64,000 bases of DNA from Muribaculaceae bacterium (GTDB lineage: Bacteria; Bacteroidota; Bacteroidia; Bacteroidales; Muribaculaceae), in assembly GCA_029057985.1 (NCBI GenBank), contig JAIDYR010000073.1, positions 5,748-69,747 of the forward strand. The letters run 5' to 3'. A program made the translations under genes and the position numbers. Shown piece by piece: positions 28,467 to 38,281 of the stretch; within the stretch, counting starts at the first letter, position 1; each line of letters starts with the position of its first letter. Under the pieces are notes generated by a model, which was given only the letters and a program-made list of their open reading frames with translations, was not told the origin of the DNA and ran no database searches.

Positions 28467-29479
28467 GATATTGCAGTTTTTGAATAGGGTGGAAGAGAGA
28501 TATCGGTGATATGGTCCGGGGTGAAGCGCATCGCTCCCGCAATTGCTACCATTGCGGCGTTGTCAGTAGTGAAGGAGCGTTTGGGTATCCATGCCTTTAT
28601 GCCGCGTCCCTTGCAAAAATTTTCGATTGCATTGCGAACTCCGGAATTGGCTGAAACCCCTCCTCCGATTGCTATCTGTCGAGGACGATGAATTTTTACA
28701 GCCTTAGAGAGTTTGGCAAGAAGAATATCGATGATAGCTTGTTGAAGTGAGGCTGCAAGGTCTGCCTTGTTTTTTTCTATAAATTCCGGGTCTTCTGCAA
28801 GTCCGTCGCGCAGAGTATAAAGAAAAGATGTTTTAAGACCTGAGAATGAATAGTCGAGACCCGGAATTTTTGGTCTGGCAAAAGCGAAAGCATTAGGGTT
28901 TCCCTCAGCGGCTAATCTGTCGATATGCGGGCCTCCGGGATAGGGGAGCCCCATTACCTTGGCACACTTATCGAACGCTTCTCCGGCTGCGTCATCAATG
29001 GTTTTGCCTATAATTTCCATATCGACAGGACTCTTGACAAGTATTATCTGAGAGTTGCCTCCGGAAATGAGAAGACACATATACGGAAATTCCGGCACTT
29101 CATCTTCCGGAGTCTCCTTGACGAAATGAGACAGCGCGTGAGCTGCGAGGTGATTGACATCAATAAGCGGGATATTAAGGCCAAGAGCCAATCCTTTGGC
29201 AAAACTTGTGCCGACTAATAAAGAACCGAGGAGCCCGGGCCCACGGGTATATGCTATCGCTGTCAGGTCATTTTTGGAAATACCGGCCTGCCGGATTGCT
29301 TCGCTGACTACCGGCAGGATATTCTGCTGATGGGCACGCGAGGCGAGTTCGGGGACAACTCCACCAAATGCTTCATGCACCTTCTGCGACGCAATGACAT
29401 TGGAGCGAAGCACTCCGTCGATTATTACAGCTGCAGAAGTGTCATCGCAAGATGATTCTATTCCGAGAATAGCCTTCAT
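28463..29479 (-). CDS. tsaD: tRNA N6-adenosine threonylcarbamoyltransferase
   Basis: 338 aa: ILGIESSCDDTSAAV, GPGLLGSLLVG, HLAAH, GGVSAN. Confidence 0.95.
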   Translation of the reverse strand: MKAILGIESSCDDTSAAVIIDGVLRSNVIASQKVHEAFGGVVPELASRAHQQNILPVVSEAIRQAGISKNDLTAIAYTRGPGLLGSLLVGTSFAKGLALGLNIPLIDVNHLAAHALSHFVKETPEDEVPEFPYMCLLISGGNSQIILVKSPVDMEIIGKTIDDAAGEAFDKCAKVMGLPYPGGPHIDRLAAEGNPNAFAFARPKIPGLDYSFSGLKTSFLYTLRDGLAEDPEFIEKNKADLAASLQQAIIDILLAKLSKAVKIHRPRQIAIGGGVSANSGVRNAIENFCKGRGIKAWIPKRSFTTDNAAMVAIAGAMRFTPDHITDISLPPYSKTAIS

Positions 29480-29647
29480 TAACTTTTGTTATTGTAATTT
29501 TAATTGAATAATTTACAAATTTAGATAAATCCTTTGAATTATTATGTCTGAGAATAAGATTTTTTCGATGATTTTAGTTAATTTTGCACTAAATTTCGGA
29601 GAAGATGACTCAGCAATCTTCACTTTTTGACCGAATTTTATCTTAAA

Positions 29648-32600
29648 ATGAGTCAGACCGAGAAATGGAAATGGGTCTATAAAGTCGTAAGAAGTGTGCT
29701 TTTCACGACCGTGACGTTCGTGGCGTTTCTTTACGTCGCGCTCTACGTTTTACTTTCCATACCGGGAGTACAGACAAAAATCCGAAATGTTGCTGAAGAG
29801 GAACTTTCAAAGCTCTTCACCTCAACCTTGAAAATTGATAATGTTTCGATATATCCATTCAACGAAGTAGTAGTTGAGGGAGTCACTCTTTACGAGCCGG
29901 ATTCAACTACTGAATGTGTCAAGATCGAACGTCTCGGCGCCGGCGTGAGCCTTTGGAAATTACTTAGGGATAGGAAAATAGTCATAACATACGTCGAGCT
30001 TCTCGGTCTTGACGCCCGGTTGCGTCAGGATGTAAAAGGGGGAAATCTCAATATTCAGTTTTTAATTGACGCTTTTAAACCGAAAGAAAAGAATAAGCCT
30101 CCGACACCATTCGATCTTGAGATTAGAAATATAGTTATCCGAAAGTCAATGGCTTCCTTTTCGCGTCCATGGCTTTCCGCATCAGTAGAGAAATTTCCTA
30201 ATCTGTCTGAAATCAAAGTGTCTCAGCTCAGCGCAGATCTTACAATCCCCCGACTTAGCAATGACGTGATGATATTTGATCTTCGCAGGCTCGAAGTCTA
30301 CGTTGAGGATATGATAAAAATCGAGTCGCTGAAGGCGATTGCCGGCATTGACCATGGCACACTGAGCATAAGAGATTTTTCATTGCAGACTTCATCTTCT
30401 AACTTAACCGTTAGCGATCTGACGCTGCCTCTCAAGTATCCGGGAGGCATACATAAATGGCTTGAAAGCAATAATATTTCTATCAGCATTGACGCGCCTC
30501 TCGTCAATCCTTCGGAATTTGCCTTTCTTTGGTCTCCTTTAGATCATTTGGACAGCGACATGTCGCTTCGCTTAGAACTCGATGGCAATCTCTCCGGAGT
30601 CAACGTAAAGAATCTCCAACTCTCCACTGCTGCTTTCAATCGAAATCTTGACGGGTATTTCGCTCTTTCTCTCTCCGGGGTTGCCGATCTCGAAGATTAT
30701 AAAGGGAGGCGGACTCTTAATCATGCAAAGCTCGAAAAACTTTCATTGCAGTCTTCACCCGGCTTCAATTCAAAACTCGTAGGGATGCTGAAAAGCGACG
30801 GTGTCAATAATGGAAAAGCGGCCGAAGTCATATCAGCGGTCGGTAATATTGATCTGAGGGCTTCCGGACGATGGTCGACTGAAAATCTGAGTGGTAATTC
30901 AGAGGCAGTTGTCGATGTCGAACTTCTTTCCGGACTTGGCAATGTGGATTTATCAGCGGATTGGATCCATGCATCCTCTACCGACAAAATCAACATGAAG
31001 GTTAATTCTCCGGGCATTGACTTCGGAAAACTCCTTGCTGTCGACTTCCTCGGCCATACCGTTATAGATCTTAAGGCTGAGGCTGCTTTCGACAATCAGC
31101 TGTTTCATCTGCCAAAAGGAGCATCCGTTGATCAAATAGCTTCTTATGTCAGATCGGCACAAATCAATCTGAATCTTCCGGAGGCTGTCATAAAGCATTA
31201 TAAATTGACATCAACGACCCTTGATCTTACTAAAAGGGACCGACATATTGAAGGAATGTTGTCTTGCCGTGACAATAACTTCAATTTAGGAGTCGATCTT
31301 AATCTTCTGATGGCGGGGGCTGATTCAGAATTAAGTCTTGTCGGCGACATAGAGAATCTCCGGCCGGGAGTCATTAATGGAATATTGGAGACTCTCTCCG
31401 ATGATAATGCCTTATATGGAAGAAAAGATTTCATAGCCTCGGGCAGTGTAGATATGAGGCTCCGCGGAAATAACCCTGATAATCTTGAAGGGGAGATAGG
31501 TCTTAACGACCTACATTTCAGGGACGTCGCTTCTGGAAAGTCACTCAACCTTGACAATCTTGAGATTATCGCATCTATTGAAGACGGGGAGGATCCCTAT
31601 CGCAATTATTCTATAATATCGGATTGGATTGAAGGAGGAATAAGCGGAAGGTTTAGGCCAAGCCGTGTCCCGAAGGTGATCCACGGAATGCTTTCGGAGA
31701 CTTATCCCACTCTTATCAAAGCACCTTCAGGATGGGAAAAAATGCGTTATGATGATGATTTTGTTTTTGATTTCACTATCAAACGTCATGGAGAGTGGGC
31801 TCAATTTCTCAATCTGCCTATTGATCTGCTATATGAAGCCGAAGTGAAAGGTGAGTTTAATGGTTCGGATCAGACTCTTACCGCTTCAGTGAGTGCGCCC
31901 TATATCCAGCAGGGTAAAGATAAGCTTATTCGGAAATCATGTGTGAATGCGACTCTCTGCGAAGGAAGCGGAAATATCAACTTCAATACAGTCGTTCCGA
32001 CAAAAAAGGGGGATCTTGAAATTTTAGGTAATATATCATCAGTCAACGGCGAGTTTGGCTTATCTCTCGATTTTAATCCGGATAAGACCACGAGTTTCTA
32101 TGGCTGTCTCGACATGGCAGCGTCAGTGCATAATCCCGTCACTCCCTTGAAGGGAAAAGAGGTTAAGGTGCGTATTTTGCCGAGTACATTGTATCTGAAT
32201 CATGCAGCATGGAATGTCGCGGAAGCGCTTCTTTCGTATTACCCGACCCCGGATGGTCCGCGTGCTGAAATCAAAGGGTTTTCGGTCAGTCATGACAATC
32301 AGTTTGTGACAATCAGCGGCTCGGCTTCGACATCACCCGACGACGAAGTTCTCGCTATTCTCAATGAAGTTGATCTCGACTACATATTCGATACTCTGAA
32401 TATCAACTATGTGAAATTCGGAGGTCAGGCTACAGGAGAGGCCATAGGGAGGGGGCTGCTTTCGAAAAATATTCAGGCGGAGACGAAAAGTCTTCATGTG
32501 AAGGACTTGAGTTATAACGGGGCAATTCTCGGGGATGGAGAACTTCATGGAGATTTTGATATATCCCGCAAGCGTATTGGGATCCGGGCCGACATATCAG

Positions 32601-34336
32601 AAGATAAGAGACAAGTGGCGATAGTAGATGGCGGGATTTGGTTAGGACGGGATTCTCTCTCATTCGGAATAGATGCCGATAAGGTAAGAATAGGGTTTCT
32701 TGCTCCATTTATGCAAGCATTTGCCTCAAAAGTGGAGGGTAGAGCCTCAGGCAATGCCCTGCTATATGGCACATTCTCCGACGTCAACATGAAAGGACGT
32801 CTTTTTGCTGATACAATTTCATTAGGCGTCACTTATACTAACGTGACTTATTGCGGTTCGGATTCAGTCTTCATAGATCCGGGTCGCATCGTGATTCCGT
32901 CATTCAAGTTATATGATGTCCAGGGACATTCCGCAATATTGACCGGAGAATTGACTCACAGATATTTCCATGATCCAGAATTTGATTTCAGAATCAGCAA
33001 TGCAAGTAATCTATTGCTCTATGACACGAATCCCGGTATGAATCCTGTATGGTACGGGAGAATCTACGGCAGCGGGAGCGGGCAGATTCTCGGACGGGGA
33101 AATTACGTAGGGATTACAGCAGACATGACCACCGAACCAAATTCCACATTTACTTTCGTTCTATCGGATCAGCTTGAAGCTACAGAATATAACTTCCTTA
33201 CATTTACCGACAAAGCCAAAGCGAAACGAGAAGCCGAGAAGCCGGTAGAAATCTCCGAGACTGATTTCATCGTTGAAGCTTTTAAAAAGAAAGTTCAGGA
33301 GATGCATGGGCCGGAGTCGGTATTCGGCATGGACATCAGGGCTACCCTGACTCCGGGAGTGCAGATGACGCTTGTGATGGATCCAGTGGCGGGTGATAAG
33401 ATAATAGCCCGAGGCAGCGGAGCTATGAATATGGAATATCGATCAGACACGGATGATCTGAAGATGTATGGTAAATATGTTCTGGATGAGGGTATGTATA
33501 ATTTTTCTCTTCAGGACGTCATCCTTAAAGATTTCATAATCAAGCAGGGAAGTTCAATCTCTTTCAACGGAGACCCTATGGCAGGATTGCTTGATATAAG
33601 AGCAGCATATAGGGTCAATACTAATTTGGCAGATCTTGATCAGAGTTTTGCCATGGACCGGGATCTTAACAGAACTCAGGTGCCGGTCGATGCGATGCTT
33701 ATAGTAAGCGGCGACATGACCCAGCCTGATATTACATTTGATATCGAACTTCCTACCCTCAATGACGAAGTCGAGCAAAAGGTGAGAAGCGTTATATCCT
33801 CAGAGGATATGATGAATCTCCAGATGATCTATCTTCTTGCATTGAATAGATTTTATACTCCGGAATATATGGGCGGATCGTCGGGTGGAGAATGGGCATC
33901 GGTCGCTTCCTCCACGATTTCATCACAGCTGCAGAATGTGCTCGGACAATTGACCGATAAATTCAATGTCGCTCCGTCGATTCGCAGTGATAAGGGGGAC
34001 TTTTCAGACGTCGAAGTCGACGTGGCGTTGTCATCGCGCCTGTTTAACAATCGGCTTTTGATTAACGGCAATTTAGGTTATCGCGACCCTTCTACAAGCA
34101 GCACTACATTCATAGGAGACTTCGATATAGAATATCTGCTCAATAGCTCGGGCAACTGGCGACTTAAGGCTTACAATCATTTCAATGATCAGAACTATTA
34201 TCTTAAATCTGCATTGACAACGCAGGGAGTAGGAATTGTATGGCAGCGTGATTTCAACCATATATTCGGTATTCGTAAACGACAGAAGCCTCAGTTCGCC
34301 CCTGAGAGTGAAAGCAAAGATGCCCCGAAGGAATAA
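29648..34336 (+). CDS. tamB: TamB-like translocation and assembly module protein (DUF490 C-terminus)
   Basis: The ORF-track start at 29627 is a TTG. The first ATG is at 29648 (MSQTEKWKWVYK..). The product is about 1560 aa, with an N-terminal signal-anchor helix, a long beta-rich body and a TamB-type C-terminal region (INGNLGYR..FDIEYLL..RLKAYNH). Confidence 0.85.
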   Translation: MSQTEKWKWVYKVVRSVLFTTVTFVAFLYVALYVLLSIPGVQTKIRNVAEEELSKLFTSTLKIDNVSIYPFNEVVVEGVTLYEPDSTTECVKIERLGAGVSLWKLLRDRKIVITYVELLGLDARLRQDVKGGNLNIQFLIDAFKPKEKNKPPTPFDLEIRNIVIRKSMASFSRPWLSASVEKFPNLSEIKVSQLSADLTIPRLSNDVMIFDLRRLEVYVEDMIKIESLKAIAGIDHGTLSIRDFSLQTSSSNLTVSDLTLPLKYPGGIHKWLESNNISISIDAPLVNPSEFAFLWSPLDHLDSDMSLRLELDGNLSGVNVKNLQLSTAAFNRNLDGYFALSLSGVADLEDYKGRRTLNHAKLEKLSLQSSPGFNSKLVGMLKSDGVNNGKAAEVISAVGNIDLRASGRWSTENLSGNSEAVVDVELLSGLGNVDLSADWIHASSTDKINMKVNSPGIDFGKLLAVDFLGHTVIDLKAEAAFDNQLFHLPKGASVDQIASYVRSAQINLNLPEAVIKHYKLTSTTLDLTKRDRHIEGMLSCRDNNFNLGVDLNLLMAGADSELSLVGDIENLRPGVINGILETLSDDNALYGRKDFIASGSVDMRLRGNNPDNLEGEIGLNDLHFRDVASGKSLNLDNLEIIASIEDGEDPYRNYSIISDWIEGGISGRFRPSRVPKVIHGMLSETYPTLIKAPSGWEKMRYDDDFVFDFTIKRHGEWAQFLNLPIDLLYEAEVKGEFNGSDQTLTASVSAPYIQQGKDKLIRKSCVNATLCEGSGNINFNTVVPTKKGDLEILGNISSVNGEFGLSLDFNPDKTTSFYGCLDMAASVHNPVTPLKGKEVKVRILPSTLYLNHAAWNVAEALLSYYPTPDGPRAEIKGFSVSHDNQFVTISGSASTSPDDEVLAILNEVDLDYIFDTLNINYVKFGGQATGEAIGRGLLSKNIQAETKSLHVKDLSYNGAILGDGELHGDFDISRKRIGIRADISEDKRQVAIVDGGIWLGRDSLSFGIDADKVRIGFLAPFMQAFASKVEGRASGNALLYGTFSDVNMKGRLFADTISLGVTYTNVTYCGSDSVFIDPGRIVIPSFKLYDVQGHSAILTGELTHRYFHDPEFDFRISNASNLLLYDTNPGMNPVWYGRIYGSGSGQILGRGNYVGITADMTTEPNSTFTFVLSDQLEATEYNFLTFTDKAKAKREAEKPVEISETDFIVEAFKKKVQEMHGPESVFGMDIRATLTPGVQMTLVMDPVAGDKIIARGSGAMNMEYRSDTDDLKMYGKYVLDEGMYNFSLQDVILKDFIIKQGSSISFNGDPMAGLLDIRAAYRVNTNLADLDQSFAMDRDLNRTQVPVDAMLIVSGDMTQPDITFDIELPTLNDEVEQKVRSVISSEDMMNLQMIYLLALNRFYTPEYMGGSSGGEWASVASSTISSQLQNVLGQLTDKFNVAPSIRSDKGDFSDVEVDVALSSRLFNNRLLINGNLGYRDPSTSSTTFIGDFDIEYLLNSSGNWRLKAYNHFNDQNYYLKSALTTQGVGIVWQRDFNHIFGIRKRQKPQFAPESESKDAPKE

Positions 34337-34375
34337 AATTTTGTCAAAGTAAAACTGCAAATTAAGAATTTATAT

Positions 34376-34413
34376 AAAAAAGTCACATTGATACGTTTCA
34401 ATGTGACTTTTTT
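34376..34413. terminator. Bidirectional terminator between tamB and prs
   Basis: AGTCACATTGA (34381-34391) pairs with TCAATGTGACT (34398-34408), flanked by AAAAA on the left and TTTTT on the right. Confidence 0.75.
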
Positions 34414-34454
34414 ATATTTAGGTTATCCTTTTGTATATCTTCTCTTTCCGGAGA

Positions 34455-35399
34455 TTATTTGAAGAGGTATTGAGAAGATATCGACTGATTGTTGTGGATA
34501 CGGCGGATAGTATCGGCAAAGAGCTTTGCCACCGGAAGCACAGTGGCCTTGGTATTGTCTTTGCCGTAGGGAATGGAGTCGGTGAAGATAATCTCTGTCA
34601 GACCGGAGGAAAGCACTCGATCAGTGGCAGGATCCGACATTACAGGATGAGAGCATAGCGCACGCACTGATTTCGCCCCGAAAGAGAGCAGGAGATCGGC
34701 TGCTTTGGTGATAGTGCCGGCAGTGTCGACGATATCGTCGATCAGAACAACGTTCTTGTCCTCCACATCGCCGATTACAGTCATTTTTGCCACTACATTT
34801 GCTTTGGCACGCTGCTTATGACAAAGTACCAGAGGCACGTCGAAGTACTTTGCGTAAGAGTTTGCGCGCTTCGCACCGCCAACGTCAGGAGAAGCAATCA
34901 CCATATCTTTGAGATGGAGGCTTTCAAGATACGGAATAAAGATTGAAGAAGCATAGAGGTGATCGACAGGCACATCGAAGAATCCCTGAATCTGGTCGGC
35001 GTGGAGGTCCATCGTGATCAGACGATCAATGCCCGCTACGCTCAGAAGGTCTGCTACGAGCTTGGCTGCGATGGATACACGCGGTTTGTCCTTACGGTCC
35101 TGGCGTGCCCAACCGAAATAGGGGATAACTGCGATGATCTTTCCGGCCGACGCACGCTTAGCAGCGTCAATCATCAGGAGAAGTTCCATGAGATTGTCGG
35201 AATTTGGGAATGTGCTCTGTACGAGGTAAACTTCGGCTCCGCGGATTGATTCTTCGAAACCGACCTCGAATTCACCATCGGCAAAATGTTCGATTTTCAT
35301 CTTGCCGAGTTCGATACCCAGATCTTTGCAGATGGCTTCGCCGAGATAAAGGCTCTTTGATCCGGCAAAAACCTTGATGGGGGGTAGACTATTGCTCAT
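34455..35399 (-). CDS. prs: Ribose-phosphate pyrophosphokinase
   Basis: 314 aa: FADGE, RQDRK, DLHADQIQGFF, and the PRPP loop VLIDDIVDTAGT. Confidence 0.95.
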   Translation of the reverse strand: MSNSLPPIKVFAGSKSLYLGEAICKDLGIELGKMKIEHFADGEFEVGFEESIRGAEVYLVQSTFPNSDNLMELLLMIDAAKRASAGKIIAVIPYFGWARQDRKDKPRVSIAAKLVADLLSVAGIDRLITMDLHADQIQGFFDVPVDHLYASSIFIPYLESLHLKDMVIASPDVGGAKRANSYAKYFDVPLVLCHKQRAKANVVAKMTVIGDVEDKNVVLIDDIVDTAGTITKAADLLLSFGAKSVRALCSHPVMSDPATDRVLSSGLTEIIFTDSIPYGKDNTKATVLPVAKLFADTIRRIHNNQSISSQYLFK

Positions 35400-35415
35400 A
35401 AAATTTTTATATAAT

Positions 35416-37194
35416 TTAGTTGAGGTCTTTTTTGAGTGATAATATGACAGCTCCGTGAGCCGGAACTCTGACTGTCGAAGGATTTAGGCGAGAAAGAATC
35501 AGATGCTGACTTTCACCGTTAAGAAGGTCAGCGGCCATAACCTCTCCTTCCCGCAGGGCTGCCATATCAAATGCCACTTCGGGAATATTGACGTCGCATT
35601 TTCTTTCTTCGCCGCCGAAGTTGGCAACTATCAGGAGCGCTTCATCAAGCGTATAGCGAAGAAAAGCGAAGCATCTATGCGGATCAAACCCGGGATTCGA
35701 CAGATTGACATACATCAGATCGAAGAAGTTGCCAGCTCTAAGCGCGTCATTTTTATTGCATAGATTCAATACCTTGCTATAGATTCCACGAAGCCACTTC
35801 TCCTGAGCATTAAGTTTGGCGACGGAGCATTTGCCACCGTCATACCATCGGCGCATATTGTCATAGCTCCAGTAGTCAAAAATCGTCGAGCGGTTGTTGT
35901 AGCCTGCAAATCCTTCATTCTCAGTAGCCGACTCGCCGAGTTCCTGACCGTAATAGATCATATATGGCCCGGTAGACATCATTGAGGATACCACTAATGG
36001 AGCTACTACCTTCATAGGATCTCCTGCGAACTCCACGGATCCATAGCGCACCTCGTCATGATTCTCAAGGAAGTTGAGCATGCGTGAACTGATGCCATCG
36101 ACAGTCTGCCATGCTGAGGTCAGCTGAGCGGCGGAGAAATTTGATCGTTCGATTCCGACAATCTTGTCATAGAGATTCACTTTGTCATACAGATAGTCGA
36201 AGCATCCATAATCAAGAAATGGACGATAGAGTCCGACGTCGTATATCTCGCCGATAAATACTACATCGGGATAATCCTGTTTAACCTGGGGGATAGCCCA
36301 ATGCCAGAAAGCGAGCGGGACCATGAAGACCATATCGCATCGGAATCCGTCGACACCTTTCGATGCCCAGAAGCGTAAGATATGGAGCATCTTTAGCCAA
36401 GTGTCGGGAATGGGGTCGAAATGGTCGGAATTATCTCCGTAATCATGACCATAATTCAGTTTTACGGTCTCATACCAGTCATTACGTCCGCAAAATGCAG
36501 AGAAGCAGTCATTACCGGTCGCTTTAGCAGGGAATTCGATATATGGCACGTCGCCTTCTCCAACGATATTGAAGTCTGGAGAAAACTGCTGATTGGGAAT
36601 ATAATAGTAATTATTGTTAGGGTCAAAGTGCCATGTCGTATTATCGCCGTCGCCGAAGTCCCTGATTCCGACGGGAGCGGCATCGGAGTGATATTGGCGC
36701 GCCGTATGATTAGGCACGAAGTCAATGATGACATTCATCCCGGCCTGATGGATTCTGCCTACACATTCTTCGAACTCTTCCATTCTCCTGGCGGGGTCGA
36801 CGGCAATCGCAGGATCTATATCATAGTAATCCTTGATAGCATAAGGGGATCCTGCCTCGCCTTTTACGACATTCGGGTTATCTTTCGGTATGCCGTAAGA
36901 TGTAAAATCTGATTTCGTCGCATGCTCGATGACACCTGTCAGCCAGATGCAATTGACGCCCAGATTCTTCAGAGAGCGAAGAAGACCGGGCGTATAGTCG
37001 GCAAGTTTGCCCGATCCGTTTTCTTCGAGGGATCCGGCGAATTTACAAGTTGGATTTGTATTTGTCAGAATACGTGGAAATGTCTGATAGATGATCGGTC
37101 GCTGACCGTCATGGCCTATTTTTACCTTTTTTCGGCCGGCGGTCTTTGCTGGATTTTGATTATCTTTAATTCCTTTATCTTTTTTAGATGCCAT
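35416..37194 (-). CDS. GH13 alpha-amylase-family glycoside hydrolase (cytoplasmic, no signal peptide)
   Basis: 592 aa with the GH13 conserved regions DFVPNH, GVDGFRCDM, FIGEIY and FLENHD. The N-terminus is Lys-rich. Confidence 0.85.
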   Translation of the reverse strand: MASKKDKGIKDNQNPAKTAGRKKVKIGHDGQRPIIYQTFPRILTNTNPTCKFAGSLEENGSGKLADYTPGLLRSLKNLGVNCIWLTGVIEHATKSDFTSYGIPKDNPNVVKGEAGSPYAIKDYYDIDPAIAVDPARRMEEFEECVGRIHQAGMNVIIDFVPNHTARQYHSDAAPVGIRDFGDGDNTTWHFDPNNNYYYIPNQQFSPDFNIVGEGDVPYIEFPAKATGNDCFSAFCGRNDWYETVKLNYGHDYGDNSDHFDPIPDTWLKMLHILRFWASKGVDGFRCDMVFMVPLAFWHWAIPQVKQDYPDVVFIGEIYDVGLYRPFLDYGCFDYLYDKVNLYDKIVGIERSNFSAAQLTSAWQTVDGISSRMLNFLENHDEVRYGSVEFAGDPMKVVAPLVVSSMMSTGPYMIYYGQELGESATENEGFAGYNNRSTIFDYWSYDNMRRWYDGGKCSVAKLNAQEKWLRGIYSKVLNLCNKNDALRAGNFFDLMYVNLSNPGFDPHRCFAFLRYTLDEALLIVANFGGEERKCDVNIPEVAFDMAALREGEVMAADLLNGESQHLILSRLNPSTVRVPAHGAVILSLKKDLN

Positions 37195-37213
37195 AACAAT
37201 CTTCAGTTGATTA

Positions 37214-38023
37214 TTAGCGAAGGGCCTCCTCCAAAACCTTGGAGGTAGCCTCGTAGCCTGCTCTTACAGCCTTTTCAAGAGCATGGAGTTCGAATGTGCC
37301 AAATGTCTGGTTCCCTGTGGTGCGAATCACATAATCACATAGGTTGAGATCCTGCAGTGTGTTTGATTTCGACATAAGGCTGTAGCTGCGGAGGGCTATG
37401 TCGATCAGTGAATCCTTATATTTATATCTTCGGTTGAGAGGAGCGCAGTTCAGACCATAGAGAGTTGAGCAATGCTTGCGAATCGCCCACGCCGGAAGAT
37501 TCCGTAGAACTCCTCCGTCAACGTAATTGACGCCATTGATCCTGACGGGATGGAAAATTATAGGGATACTGCACGAAGCGAGCACTCGGGGCACAATCTC
37601 ACCTCTCGACCAGCCGACACTCTTACCTGCATCAAAATCAGTGGCGCACACGACGGTAGGGATTCTCAGGTCTTCAAGATTCTTTACAGGGAGCCATGAG
37701 TCGAGCAACTTGGCGAATCGCTCCATCTTGAAGATTCCGGATTTGGGGAGTGTAAATTCCGTGAAATTACTGAGTTTATCGTTCTCGGCAAAGCAAGAGA
37801 TGATATCTTTCGGAGTAAGACCCGCTGCATAAAGAGTTGCAGCGATAGATCCGGCGCTTACACCTGACACGATGTCGATATTGACGCCAAAAGCCTCGAA
37901 GGCCATCATGGCTCCGATATGCGTGAATCCTTTGGCTCCGCCTCCGCTGAAAGCGACTCCGACGCTTGGAGACTGCTTGGTGAGTCCGATTCTTTCGAGA
38001 AGTCCGTCGATTCTCAATTGCAT
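37214..38023 (-). CDS. Patatin-like phospholipase
   Basis: 269 aa with the oxyanion motif GGGAKG, the nucleophile elbow GVSAGS, and the catalytic Asp in VDGG. Confidence 0.85.
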   Translation of the reverse strand: MQLRIDGLLERIGLTKQSPSVGVAFSGGGAKGFTHIGAMMAFEAFGVNIDIVSGVSAGSIAATLYAAGLTPKDIISCFAENDKLSNFTEFTLPKSGIFKMERFAKLLDSWLPVKNLEDLRIPTVVCATDFDAGKSVGWSRGEIVPRVLASCSIPIIFHPVRINGVNYVDGGVLRNLPAWAIRKHCSTLYGLNCAPLNRRYKYKDSLIDIALRSYSLMSKSNTLQDLNLCDYVIRTTGNQTFGTFELHALEKAVRAGYEATSKVLEEALR

Positions 38024-38224
38024 TGCGCCGATTTTAATTATCAGTTATTGAAGTATTGAATACTTCTTTGGAATTTAGTGAGAAAATTCTCTCATTCGGG
38101 TATTTGCCCAAATTCTTTGCAAATATAATAAATCCCTCTCTCATACGAAAATTTTCCTACTATTTTAACCTTATTTTTTGGGCATTTCGTTGGCAATGAA
38201 GGGGAGGATTTTGACAACGCATTA

Positions 38225-38256
38225 ATAAAAAGAGGTCTTCGCTTAGCGAAGACCTC
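38225..38256 (-). terminator. Terminator downstream of pepO
   Basis: 11-bp stem GAGGTCTTCGC (38232-38242) / GCGAAGACCTC (38246-38256) with a TTA loop. A T-run follows on the minus strand (complement of the A-run 38225-38231). Confidence 0.75.
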
Positions 38257-38281
38257 CATTGATTCTATTTATCCGGGTGAA

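Noticed and set aside
29605-29646. 13-codon upstream ORF (MTQQSSLFDRILS) ending 1 nt before the tamB ATG
   Set aside because: It may be fortuitous, and it cannot be supported without conservation or ribosome-profiling data. I noted it only because of the tight stop/start spacing.
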